Source: a virus
Lineage: Duplodnaviria > Caudoviricetes
Direction: 5' to 3' (one strand)
Length of the DNA: 64,000 bases
Virus record (IMG/VR): IMGVR_UViG_3300020079_000007
Coordinates: 1-64,000 of that record
The notes under the pieces are model-generated. The model did no database searches. It was not told the DNA's origin and worked only from the letters and a program-made list of their open reading frames with translations. Both the position numbers and the translations under genes were made by a program. Shown piece after piece: positions 9,365-20,000 of the stretch. The first letter of the stretch is position 1. Each line of letters starts with the position of its first letter.

Positions 9365-11437
9365 TTACATCAATCCCATTTTTCTCATATTTTCGAGTTC
9401 GATTGCATTGATTTCATCAATGTTTTCAGTCATTTTTTCCATACCTGCGTCTTCGAGGTTTTGCTGTCTTTCACGATAAGTACCTACACCTTCGTCCCAA
9501 GAAGCAGCTTCAGCCTGTCCTGCAGACTCATCAATTCTTGGCAAATACTTCAAGAAAGCATCAAATGCTTCGTGGTATGTTTTTGCGCCACGGATCTGAC
9601 GTTCAAATGGCTTAACAGCTTCGCCGTACTGTGATACAAGGTCGTTCCAGTAGTTTTCAACTGCAAGGCCTTTGCTTTCACGGATGTTGAGGTATTTTGA
9701 AACAGAGTCGATATGTGCAGGCTCAAAGTTCAACTTTGGCTTGTTCATCTGTTTGTATTCCTCAAACTTCTGCTTTTCAGCAGCAAGTGTTGCTTCGTTT
9801 TCTTTGATAGTTGTCTGCAAACGGATAACTTGCTGACGATATGTGTTCTTGCTTTCAAGGAGTTCTTTGTTTTCTTTATCCTTTTTTGCAATTGACTCGT
9901 TAGCAATCTTGAGGTTGCTCATAACGTGGTTGAGACGAGTTCTCAATACGCCGTTTTCAGATTCCATTTTCTTGTTGCCTTTTGTAAGAGCAGCAACTTT
10001 CATTTCAGCTTCAGCAAGGCTTGATGTTGCTTCTTCAAGTTTAGCTTTCAAATCAGCAACAGTCTTTTCTTCTGCAATCTTTTCATTTTTAGCTGTTTCT
10101 TCAGTCTTTGCAATGTGGTTTTCTTTGAGGGCAAGTTTAGACTCAAGAATTGCGTTCTGCTTTGCAAGTTCGCGGTTACGAATTGTCAAGCCTTCGCAAA
10201 GTTCCTTGTAATCTGCAACCTGTTCGTTAAGAAGAACACCAATCTGAAGATTCTTTTTTGTGTTCTCAACCATTTCGTTGAGGTCACCGAATTCTTTCTT
10301 TGCATTTGCTGCTGACTCAACAAGTGTTGTGAGTTCAGCGTGAGTCTTTTCGAGTTTTTCCTGAACTTTGTTGATAAGTTCTTCATCGTTAGACTCTTTT
10401 ACAAGTTTGAGAAGCTCATTTACTTCTGTAAGTTTTTCCATTGGATTAGCTGAGTTATCAGTTTCATTCAACATTGCCTCAACCTGCTTCTCAATTACTT
10501 TTCTTTCAAGTTTTGAGAGTGTAGCAGGTCCTACATTAGCTGTCTTGCCTTCTTCGAGTTTAGTCTCAGGAGTAGCAATCTTGCCTTCGTCCATATTTAC
10601 TGCATCTACTTTCATATGTTTTTCCTTTCCTTCTATAATTTTTGACTTAGGTGATGTCTCAAGAGACTCCCTAGTTTGCTTTGTATATTCAACATTCCCA
10701 GGGTTGTATGATTGCTCTGAAGAAATGTCACCGAAAACTGACTGTGACGGATTTGTTACAATATCAGCCACTCTTTCAATGATATATGTATCTGGGTCGA
10801 CAGTTTTACCATCAGAAAGTGTTTCACCGAATCCTGATGAACTGAAGCCTACACGTCCACCTGCTTCAATAATTTCCTGTGCAAGACGTCCGTATTCACC
10901 AACGAAAGTACCGATAGCCCAAATCAATTTGTTGGCAGTATCAATAATCATATCAAGCCAAACGATGGCTGATGTTTTGAACTGTCCTGGGTCAGCGTCG
11001 TCCATTGGGTGATCTGCAAGACCACAACCACCTTGCCAAGTATCTCTTTGATTATTGATAACGTTACGCCACAACTGTTCAGTATAAATACGACCGTTGC
11101 CATTTACATTACCAAATCTTGATACTGGGAATTTCCAAAGCTTTCTTTCTGAAGAAATACCTTCCTCGCGGAGTTTCTTGATAACATTATCGAAAACTGC
11201 TCTTTCCTGAAGATTAGTTGTACCTTCACGAAGTTTGATAGCAGCTTTCAAAGCACCTGTAGTTTCAGACTCTGTAAAGTGCTTACCTACATTTGCCTTA
11301 TATGCTCTCGATTCTTTTAACTCTGCTGGGATTTCGTTTTCATTAAGAAGCTTGTAATCATTGTTTGATAAACGTAAAGCACTTTCACGAATGTGATAAA
11401 GCTTGTGGCCGTTTACCTCAATAAATCTTTCACTCAT
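9365..11437 (-). CDS. Prohead protease (T4 gp21-like) fused to a long coiled-coil scaffold-like domain
   Basis: NGNGRIY, GLADHP, VGFSSSGFG, DIVTNPS motifs; C-terminal heptad region with many [ILVF]-x-E-[SGAN] sites. Confidence 0.82.
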   Translation of the reverse strand: MSERFIEVNGHKLYHIRESALRLSNNDYKLLNENEIPAELKESRAYKANVGKHFTESETTGALKAAIKLREGTTNLQERAVFDNVIKKLREEGISSERKLWKFPVSRFGNVNGNGRIYTEQLWRNVINNQRDTWQGGCGLADHPMDDADPGQFKTSAIVWLDMIIDTANKLIWAIGTFVGEYGRLAQEIIEAGGRVGFSSSGFGETLSDGKTVDPDTYIIERVADIVTNPSQSVFGDISSEQSYNPGNVEYTKQTRESLETSPKSKIIEGKEKHMKVDAVNMDEGKIATPETKLEEGKTANVGPATLSKLERKVIEKQVEAMLNETDNSANPMEKLTEVNELLKLVKESNDEELINKVQEKLEKTHAELTTLVESAANAKKEFGDLNEMVENTKKNLQIGVLLNEQVADYKELCEGLTIRNRELAKQNAILESKLALKENHIAKTEETAKNEKIAEEKTVADLKAKLEEATSSLAEAEMKVAALTKGNKKMESENGVLRTRLNHVMSNLKIANESIAKKDKENKELLESKNTYRQQVIRLQTTIKENEATLAAEKQKFEEYKQMNKPKLNFEPAHIDSVSKYLNIRESKGLAVENYWNDLVSQYGEAVKPFERQIRGAKTYHEAFDAFLKYLPRIDESAGQAEAASWDEGVGTYRERQQNLEDAGMEKMTENIDEINAIELENMRKMGLM

Positions 11438-11567
11438 TTTATTCTCCCATATAATGAAGCATATATTGCTCCCACGAAGTTAACTATAATTAGTTAGTAT
11501 TTATTTATATTGAACGCTGCCCCAGGCTAAAGACCTGGGACATTCCATAGTTGCTTACGAGCCGAAA

Positions 11568-12764
11568 CTAAGGCTCGATGGCAACGTGGACTTCCTGCTT
11601 CGCAGAACTTCGTGGTTCTTCACAGGCATTTGTACTTTCGGCTCGTTCCCTGCCTACTACGCCCAGACTAGTAACACCCTTATTCAAGATGTTCAGGGCT
11701 GCATTTATATCTCTGTCGTGTTCAGAAGCGCAGACAGGACATTTCCACTTTTCAACCCCTAAGACTACATTTGGGTTTACATACCCACAAGTATGACAAG
11801 TCTTAGAAGTATTCTTTGCTGAAACTTTCACTAAAGTAGTTTTGTAGGCTATCATACTTCTTAGCATACCAAAACCTTGGTCACCAACTGCTCTTCCGTG
11901 ATGCATTTGTGCCATAGACTGCAAGTTGATGTCTTCAACAACGACATACTGATACTTTTGTGCCAAGTCGTAAGACAACTTATGCAACCAGTCTTGTCTT
12001 TGCCAAGAAACCTTTTCGTGAAGTTTAGCAACTTTATATTTTGCTTTGTAATAGTTTTGAGACTGTTCTTGTTTTCCTTTCACAAACTTCTTGCTCAAAA
12101 GTTTCTGATAGTGAGCTAACTGCTTTTCCTTTTCTCTTAGAAAACGAGGACACTTGACTTTCGTGCCATCGCTTAGAGTAAGGAAAACGTCATCCCTACA
12201 GTTCCAGTCTATTCCTATTGCTTTGCCGTTATTATTCTTGGGTTCATCTTTCTTTTCAACACAAATAGATACAAACCATTTGCCAGTAGCAGTTCTGCTT
12301 ATAGTTACGTTCTTTAGCTTTCCTTCACAGAACTGACAATAGTATGCACCTTTTAGAAGTCCAAGTTTTCTTGTTATGAAGAGCTTTCCGTTTACAAACT
12401 TTGGCTTTGCCATAGCAGTGTAGCCAATAGACTCTTTCATATTCTTCTTTGACTTGAACTTTGGTGGCTTTACGAACTTTCCTTTTCTTGTACCATTGCA
12501 AGACGCAAAGAAGTTTCTGAACGCTTGTGTTAGGTCGTTCCAAACGTCTGCCATAGCAGTACTGTCTATTTCTTTACACCATTCAAGTGCTTCTGGCTTA
12601 TACATTGAAAATGTTTCTTTGTATGAAGTAAGCTTGTAAGAATGGTCTGCGTTCTTATTTGCAAGTGAGATGTTCCAATAGAGTCTTTTCAAACCGAGTT
12701 CTTTACATAGAAATGTTTCTTGTCCCTTTGTAGGGAAGATACGATATTTATACGCTTTTAGCAT
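11568..12764 (-). CDS. tnpB: RNA-guided endonuclease TnpB
   Basis: MLKAYKYRIFP start; RuvC motifs GIDWN, VVEDI, DRDINAA; CxxC...CxxC zinc finger. Confidence 0.93.
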   Translation of the reverse strand: MLKAYKYRIFPTKGQETFLCKELGLKRLYWNISLANKNADHSYKLTSYKETFSMYKPEALEWCKEIDSTAMADVWNDLTQAFRNFFASCNGTRKGKFVKPPKFKSKKNMKESIGYTAMAKPKFVNGKLFITRKLGLLKGAYYCQFCEGKLKNVTISRTATGKWFVSICVEKKDEPKNNNGKAIGIDWNCRDDVFLTLSDGTKVKCPRFLREKEKQLAHYQKLLSKKFVKGKQEQSQNYYKAKYKVAKLHEKVSWQRQDWLHKLSYDLAQKYQYVVVEDINLQSMAQMHHGRAVGDQGFGMLRSMIAYKTTLVKVSAKNTSKTCHTCGYVNPNVVLGVEKWKCPVCASEHDRDINAALNILNKGVTSLGVVGRERAESTNACEEPRSSAKQEVHVAIEP

Positions 12765-13186
12765 CCGTTCCTCCCTTGGTCTTCTAAGTATTTTGCTACT
12801 GTATCTGCGGAAACATTTCCTACTGAACCACAATAGTATCCACGTGTGAAGAGATGATGACTTCTATGGTAAAACTTCTTGAGCCAAGGACCATAGTTAT
12901 CCCAAGCCCAGATATTTGCTTCTTGTTTCAGAACTCTTACTATTTGGTCTGGTGACAATGTAGGAATACTCCTTACAAGAATGTGTATATGGTCTGGCTT
13001 AGAATAGTCCAAGTCTATTGTATCTATTGAAAAGTCATAGTTTGAAGAAATGTCAAGAAACTTTTGTTTCAAAGCGTCACCAAAGTCGTGGAAAGAAAAT
13101 ATCTTCCTTCTATACTTTGCCACGAATATCAAGTGGTACATTATGAGATGCTTTGAATGTGCTGAACTTTCAAGTTTTCTTGCCAT
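12758..13186 (-). CDS. tnpA: IS200-family HUH/Y1 transposase
   Basis: YHLIFVAKYRR, DHIHILV (HUH), YLEDQ catalytic Tyr. Confidence 0.93.
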   Translation of the reverse strand: MARKLESSAHSKHLIMYHLIFVAKYRRKIFSFHDFGDALKQKFLDISSNYDFSIDTIDLDYSKPDHIHILVRSIPTLSPDQIVRVLKQEANIWAWDNYGPWLKKFYHRSHHLFTRGYYCGSVGNVSADTVAKYLEDQGRNGC

Positions 13187-13361
13187 ATCTATTTAGTATT
13201 ATATTATCTCAAAAGTTTATACATTTCAAGTTTTCTTTGTATTTTGTATAAACTTTTATATATTTAGTAGCATTGGGCGTAAAGCAAAAGTACGACTTTG
13301 TGTTGCTACATGCCCCACACTAAAGATGTGGGACTTTTACGCAACACGCTATAAATTTAGT

Positions 13362-14993
13362 TTAGTCAAAGCCTTTTATCCTTTGTAAGAATTGCTTAGG
13401 GAGCCACTTTTGATATTTTGTAACCCAGTATCTGAATGAAGAGTCAAGTATGAAAGTTGCAGAATGGTCTTCAGCAGAACGGGTTGAACGCCCACAAGCT
13501 TGAACCAAGTTCTTCAACATTTGACAAGTGTACCAATCAGAATTGATTTCAGACTTCTTTTTTGTTCTTGGGTCACCAAGTGAAGAGAACGGCATTTTTA
13601 CAACAATTTGGAATCTTGACAAGTCATCTTTTAAGTCAACACCCGTTGTCATTGAAGGTGAAAGAAGAACAGTGTTTTGTGATCTTTCGTGTATCTTCAA
13701 TAGGTTTTGATTTGTTACATCTTCACTTGCTTTTATCAAGAAGCGGTCGTGATTTTGTTTATGTATGAGAATGCTGTTCCATATTCTATCAGCAACTTTA
13801 TAATTGCCCGTATGAATAATGCCTTTATCATTTGGCTTCCTTTGCATAATAAAGTCGATTGCCTGACAAGCTTTAGGAAGAGATTCTTCAATATTCTGAT
13901 AACTCATACTTCCGCAAGGCATAAAATAAATAGGTGACTTACTTGGGTCAAAAGAGGACTCAACTTTTACAACAAGACACTGCTCTGGGTCGATACCCAA
14001 TTCTTTTATAAAGCCATCAGTGTCAAGAATTGTTGCAGACATAAAGATAAACTTATCAGCCCAGTTGTTACAGAACTTATGAAACAAAGAGTCAACATTT
14101 AATGGAGTAAATGTCAAATGTCCTTCAGAGTCACAAGCAATGATCCAATCATCTTTTTTCTGATAATTGAATACTTCCATCTTTTTGTAAAGTTTATCAA
14201 TATCGTAATAAAGCTTATGTGTTTTCGATAAGATGTCAAGAGTATCTTCATCAAGGTCCTCAGGACTTTCTTCACCCATCTCCTCTTTCATCATATCAAA
14301 CAATTCATTTCTTTTATTTACAACTGCATCATAGGTAACAGCAAATCTTGCTTTATTACTTTCTGTCCAACCATCTTCAGTAAAACGTTGAATGTGCATT
14401 TCTCTATCAGGATGATTGTCAAACAAGCCATACATTCTATCAAGATGCTCTGGGTCAATTGTAAAAGAAGCAAAATTGATAAGCTGATCTTCAATAAGAT
14501 GGCATTCATCAAAAACCATCAACTTTCTTGGCTTCCATAAACTGCTGCAATCGAAGGCGCGGAATATATATGCATAAGATGTAAGTACAATTGGAGACTC
14601 AAGGGCCTTTCTTCGAAGAGAATAATACTTACAAGTGAACATACACTTAGGTGGCTCTGCGCTTGCTTTTCTTAATGTACAAGGACCATTTTCACAGTTA
14701 AGACGGCCATTTCTATCACAAGGGTAATTTGCTTTGCCTTTGATAGAAACCATATTTCTTTCGTGAGCAAAGTCATCAACATACTGCTGCTGAAGTTGTT
14801 TTGTTTCTGTAATAATAAAAGAATTCTCACACCAATTGGCTGCTGTTTTTGCAATGCCTGACTTACCTGTACCAACGTCACACTGCAAAATAAAATACTT
14901 CTTCTTATCCCAGTTTTTTACAATTTCAGACAACACTCTTTCCTGCTCAGGACGAATATTATCATACGGGAAATATTTTTTGTAGTCTATCAT
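13362..14993 (-). CDS. DinG/XPD-like SF2 helicase
   Basis: RPEQ Q-motif, GTGKS, Cys cluster, VFDECH, MSAT, GVD, QACGRSTR. Confidence 0.88.
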   Translation of the reverse strand: MIDYKKYFPYDNIRPEQERVLSEIVKNWDKKKYFILQCDVGTGKSGIAKTAANWCENSFIITETKQLQQQYVDDFAHERNMVSIKGKANYPCDRNGRLNCENGPCTLRKASAEPPKCMFTCKYYSLRRKALESPIVLTSYAYIFRAFDCSSLWKPRKLMVFDECHLIEDQLINFASFTIDPEHLDRMYGLFDNHPDREMHIQRFTEDGWTESNKARFAVTYDAVVNKRNELFDMMKEEMGEESPEDLDEDTLDILSKTHKLYYDIDKLYKKMEVFNYQKKDDWIIACDSEGHLTFTPLNVDSLFHKFCNNWADKFIFMSATILDTDGFIKELGIDPEQCLVVKVESSFDPSKSPIYFMPCGSMSYQNIEESLPKACQAIDFIMQRKPNDKGIIHTGNYKVADRIWNSILIHKQNHDRFLIKASEDVTNQNLLKIHERSQNTVLLSPSMTTGVDLKDDLSRFQIVVKMPFSSLGDPRTKKKSEINSDWYTCQMLKNLVQACGRSTRSAEDHSATFILDSSFRYWVTKYQKWLPKQFLQRIKGFD

Positions 14994-15091
14994 ATTTTAG
15001 AATATTAACAATAAAAGAACAGTGCAAATGACTTTAACGGGAAACACTATCTTTATTAGTTTGAATAATTTATAGTTGTCTATGTGTATCA

Positions 15092-15835
15092 TTAAAGACT
15101 CCTTAAGTCATTGATAATTGTCTTGGCATCTTTAGGTGAAATGATTTTGAAGTAATCTTGATACTTAGACCAATTCTTATCTCTTATAAAGAAATCAGCT
15201 TGAATGTCAGAATAAAAATAAATGTTATGAATAGGACAACCGTAAAAAGTTGAAGAATAGATTTTTGGCGGCAAAATTCTTTCAACGAAAATGTCAGTCA
15301 AAAGCATACTTCCTTCAAAAGCTTTTTTGCCAATCATCTCTAAAGGATTTTGTATTTTGATGAATCTTAAGCTTGAAGTTTGAAAAGCTTCATCTTCAAT
15401 ATGTTCAACTTCATTTAAGTTGATTGTTTTTAGATTAAGACACCCTGCGAAACAGCTGTTTGGAATGTTTTTGATATTGCTTGGGATGTCGATTGTTTCA
15501 AGGCCTGAATATGCAAATGAACTTTCTGATAAGTTTGCAACATTTGAAAAATTGAAGTTCTTTAATCGTGAACAAAAAGAAAAAGCTTCCTTCGCAATAA
15601 TTTCAGGAAACCCGTCAAAACGTATTAAATTTTTACAATTCGCAAAAGCTCTTTCACCAATAATTTTTGTTTGTTCACCACATATCACACAGGATAAGCC
15701 GACTGAACCTTCAAAACTTCTGGGCATAATATTTCCATCATAACCCATCATTTCGGCTACATAGAAAATATCATCAATTTTGCGACACTTTTTAATGTCT
15801 TTTTCTTTTTCAATTTTTATTGTTTTTGTATTCAT
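15092..15835 (-). CDS. BspA-type (TpLRR) leucine-rich repeat protein
   Basis: Repeats IGERAFANCKNL, IAKEAFSFCSRL, IPNSCFAGCLNL, IGKKAFEG. Confidence 0.85.
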   Translation of the reverse strand: MNTKTIKIEKEKDIKKCRKIDDIFYVAEMMGYDGNIMPRSFEGSVGLSCVICGEQTKIIGERAFANCKNLIRFDGFPEIIAKEAFSFCSRLKNFNFSNVANLSESSFAYSGLETIDIPSNIKNIPNSCFAGCLNLKTINLNEVEHIEDEAFQTSSLRFIKIQNPLEMIGKKAFEGSMLLTDIFVERILPPKIYSSTFYGCPIHNIYFYSDIQADFFIRDKNWSKYQDYFKIISPKDAKTIINDLRSL

Positions 15836-16056
15836 TTTTTAGATAATGTTTCCAAGTCATTGGCCCAGCCTTGATTGTAAAGCAACTCGTTGAGTTTTCT
15901 GCAATCATCTTCACAAGCGTAAGCCTTGAGCTTGATAATACCTCCGTTCCCAAGTTTTTCAATTTTAACTTCGGAAACGAATTCTTCTGTTAGGATGCCT
16001 TCAACTGTCTTGCAAGCATCGGCTACATTTGTTCTTTTGAACCAAGCTGCACTCAT
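15832..16056 (-). CDS. Hypothetical protein
   Basis: 74 aa; SD GGAGG; class I promoter upstream. Confidence 0.7.
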   Translation of the reverse strand: MSAAWFKRTNVADACKTVEGILTEEFVSEVKIEKLGNGGIIKLKAYACEDDCRKLNELLYNQGWANDLETLSKK

Positions 16057-16128
16057 TTGAATTACCTCCGTTTCATCAGATTTCCTCCCAGTTATCCAAT
16101 AATAATATAAAAAGAAGTTCTGAGAAGT

Positions 16129-16371
16129 TTAATTTATATTAACACTTTCAAGCACAAATTCAAGATCTTCTTTTTTCTTTCCTGAATTATAAACAAGTTC
16201 AAAAATGTCTTTAATGTTTGTAAATGTTTCCTGAAGAACAGGCAACTTTTCAGATGCTTCTTTTGTCAAATAAATAGGATACTTTGCAACTTCTAAACCA
16301 TCGTCATCAACAATGATTATAAAAAGCATTCTTTCTTCGTCGCCTTTAACGTCCTTAAAAACTAATTTCAT
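16129..16371 (-). CDS. Hypothetical protein
   Basis: 80-aa ORF coupled to the upstream ORF. Confidence 0.65.
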   Translation of the reverse strand: MKLVFKDVKGDEERMLFIIIVDDDGLEVAKYPIYLTKEASEKLPVLQETFTNIKDIFELVYNSGKKKEDLEFVLESVNIN

Positions 16372-16718
16372 AAGTTTTCAAACTCCTTACGATGATGTGT
16401 TTCAATAACGCAAGTAATAATTTTATGTGTATCAGCGTCACATACAATCGTAATCAATTTATCTTCAACTCTTAATGTAAAGTATTCTGAATGCCGCCCT
16501 TTGTTGTCATACTTTGTATGAGGCTCTGTTGTTTTCAAAACACTTAAGATATAAGCACGCGAATCTTCATTCAATGGTACACCAACTCTTTCAGCATATA
16601 CTTGATAAAAGTATTTTGTAAAAGAGTAATCCTTAGTATTTTCCACTTTCAATTTTCTCCCTGTTTTCAAAGAAGATTGAAAGTTGCTTTGGGTCCTGAG
16701 CAATTTGAGTACCCGCAA
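16368..16718 (-). CDS. Hypothetical protein (possible small alpha/beta RNase-like fold; start uncertain)
   Basis: FTKYFYQVYAERV...ITIVCD...KIITC layout. Confidence 0.5.
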   Translation of the reverse strand: MRVLKLLRTQSNFQSSLKTGRKLKVENTKDYSFTKYFYQVYAERVGVPLNEDSRAYILSVLKTTEPHTKYDNKGRHSEYFTLRVEDKLITIVCDADTHKIITCVIETHHRKEFENL

Positions 16719-17070
16719 TTAAACCCATATCATAAATGGCTTTTATGATATTCTTGAAATCTTCTTTGGCAACATCCTGATAACTCAAAATTAGTTTTCC
16801 GTCTCTCGTAATATTATCTATCACGCCTAAAAAGTATTCAAACAATAAATCATAATTCTTTTCAACATAGAAGTCTGAAATGTTTTGATTTAAATTTTCA
16901 ATGGCTTCAGTCTTGTTCGCGCTCTTCTTTGCATTTGATTGAATTATAGAAACTACACCATCAGAGAAAGCTCTCTGAAGTAAGTTGACAACTTTTGATG
17001 CTACATACTCATCTTTAATTACTTTCTTTACCTCATCTTTGTAATAAGGTAACTTTGAATTGATTGTCAT
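16633..17070 (-). CDS. Hypothetical protein
   Basis: 145 aa; SD GGAGG; ACTAAAT motif upstream. Confidence 0.7.
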   Translation of the reverse strand: MTINSKLPYYKDEVKKVIKDEYVASKVVNLLQRAFSDGVVSIIQSNAKKSANKTEAIENLNQNISDFYVEKNYDLLFEYFLGVIDNITRDGKLILSYQDVAKEDFKNIIKAIYDMGLIAGTQIAQDPKQLSIFFENREKIESGKY

Positions 17071-17098
17071 AAAACCTCCGACATTTATATTATTTAGT

Positions 17099-20000
17099 TT
17101 AAGCTCCTAAACCACTCATAATTTGAGCAAAGTCACCGTTGTTTGGTATAATATCTGTTTGGTCTTCAATGATAGGCCACATAGCATAAGCCGAAGCTCC
17201 AACCAAAGCAACTGGGTTGTCTTTTGTTGATACACCTTCCATACCAATACTTCCGTCTGTTATCATTTCAAGTGAGAGTTGAGAACGGTAACCAATTGCT
17301 CTCGGTAAAGCACTCTGAACAGGGACAATCCAGTAATCAGCAGATTGCTTTGCTCCACAAAGAAGTGCTTGTGGATCTTTTTCACCACTTGCAGTCAAAT
17401 CTTTAAGAGCAGAAGTATTAACGCCACCGTAGTAATTGAAAAGGATTTGATTATCTTCAGCCATCTTACTCCAATCAATGTTCCACTTTGCATCATCATA
17501 ACCGTATGTGATGTATGGACCGTTTGGATTTTGAAGTTTCTTTGCAGCATTATCTTCATCACGGTGCTTTTCGACTGAATACAATTTATAAACGCCATCT
17601 TCAGGTTTAACTGCATATTTAATCTTACCATTTCTGATTGCCCAACCGTTTTCGTTCCAAGTTTCATCAGCAGCAAGTTTGTCACCATTTGCTTTATTCT
17701 TGAAAGTGCCGTCTCTTTTCTTTACAAAAGATATTGGCTGAACAGGAACTACTCTTTCGTCAGTGCGTTTGAGTGTACCGTCTTTAAGCTTTTCTTGACA
17801 AGCCAAGTATCTTTCATAAGAAACATATTGAACTTTAACATAAACAGTTTTAATTCTATCAGGCTCAAGTTCTGCATTTGAACCTGCAGCTTGTTTCTTA
17901 AGAACATCTGCTTTCATAGCAAGTGTATTTTGTATTTCATAGAAAGAAACATCAATCTTTGAAGACTTACCTTGGAATGCAGTCATATCAATAGAACCTG
18001 CAGATGCAACAGCTGAACCTACAACTTGAGGCAACATCTTTTCAAGGTGACGGCACATCCACAAAGTACCGTCTTGCTTGTTACATCTCTTGTTTATAAA
18101 GTATCTTCTTGCTTCATACAAAACATTGAGGTAAGCAAGTAAGAATCTTTCAGGCTCTTCATTTGCTTTCAAATCAATAAACTCATTTACTGATTTCCAA
18201 GCAGTGTTCATACTGTTATAAGAATATGAACCCATATCCATATAAAGATAAGGCTTAAGTAAACGCTTTACTTTAAGAATTGTTTCTTTTCTTTGGTCAA
18301 GTACCAATCCTAAGTCATCGTGTAATCTTTGATTTTCTGAAGGACTGTTACAGAACCATTCACGGGCAATTTTTATCCAAGGATTGTAGCCATAGATGTC
18401 TTCACACCAAGATGCTTTGATACAACCTGCAGGAAGACTTCCATCATCACTAAGAGAACTTTGAGAACCTGTCTTTTCGTTGATAATTATATCGCCATTA
18501 GGGTCTGCAATATAATTCTTTTTTGGGTCAGCAAGATAATATGTTCTTGGTGATATAAGCCCAGGTGACTTCGCAGTGCCTTCAATCATTTTACGAATAA
18601 AGTCAAATGAAACAATGTACTGACCGTGTTCATCTTTACCACAAATAAAGTCTTTAGCAAAATTGAGATAACCTTTTTGTGTTGCGAGAATGTTGTATAA
18701 GAATCTTGGAGCAATATCAAAAGAAGTAAAGTAATACTTCAATGCAGACCAAGCATTCTTCAAGTAAACAGTATCTACGATGTCGTGATTTTCTGTACAC
18801 TCAACGCCATTCTTTGTCAATGTTACTAAACGTTTAACTGTTGTGTAAGTTCTGATGTCACTTGCTTTAATCTTAAATGAACCTGCTGCTGACTGAACAG
18901 TACATCCACGAGATTCAATATGTGTAAGAGCATCAGCAAAACTTTTACCTTCAACATCAATTCCATATTGAAGAACCTTAAAGTTTACTCTTAAAGGACC
19001 GTTTGCATCACCACGATAGAATGTGTTTCTCAATCCCATATTGAGGATCATTGCGTGCCACCAATTAGGAGGTGTTATTTCTCTATAAATGGCAAAACCG
19101 TTTCCTTCAGGACGATAAGTGTTTCCGTTGATTGTAACTTCGCCTTTATTTATCCATCCTGAAATCTGCCACATTGGGAATCTTATATTTTTGAAAGCAA
19201 CATCCATCCAAGAGCTGCCATTCATATCAGCAGCTTTTTGTTTAGAGCAACATTTATTTGAATAAATTTCCGCGCCATCATCTGCTTCGAAGTCAAGACC
19301 TGGGATGTCACCGATAATACCGACGCCTGAAATACCATTATAAGATGCAATCATACGGTCTGAACCTACAATACCATCTCTTACAATAGTTGTATCAAAT
19401 AACGGAATTTCTCTTCCCGATATTCCTGTTATAAGGTCATAAGGAGTCTTTCTTGTTTCACTACAGTTTGTGCCTGTGTAGCCTGCACCCATTACAGAAA
19501 GAATTGAGTTATTTGCTGTTTCAGGTGTTACTTTTCCATCAATAGGAGGTGATGATACACCGATAGACTCTTCACCGTTATTTACAGAACCATAATTTGT
19601 AAATGTCGGCTTTGAAAGTCCTGCCCAGAATCTATCAGTTGAATACAACTTAACAGACATATATGTTTTCCAACCGCAGTGTCTTTCCCACCAATACTTT
19701 CGTTTGTTTGAAGAATATGTTCTTGAGTGCAAACAGAAGTAATAAACAGGCTTTTGATTATGATATATTTCAGCACGGAATAAACAGTCAGGACGGCCCT
19801 GCTCATCTCTTGTTAAGAAGAACGCTTTATTGTGCGCGCCGACCATACCGCCCCACCAGTCAACAATACTTGTCATAATATTGTGTTCAGCATTAGTTTG
19901 GTAAACATTCAACACTTGCCAAGTAGCTTCATTAAGAATGCTCCATTGAGAATAATTGCCGCCTTGAGGTCCGTCTACAAATAATTCATAATCCTCATTA

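Larger units (their letters stand above)
11510..13350 (-). mobile_element. IS200/IS605-family element (tnpA + tnpB)
   Basis: 5' flank TTTAT (13351-13355); left-end hairpin CCCACATCTTTAGTGTGGG; right-end hairpin CCCAGGTCTTTAGCCTGGG; ends in TTCAA (11510-11514). Confidence 0.9.

Noticed and set aside
8680-11012. Long + strand ORFs (e.g. 10368-11012, 8899-9234) and similar ones elsewhere
   Set aside because: They are antisense shadows of well-supported - strand genes, with Ser/Phe-rich composition and no SD or promoter motifs
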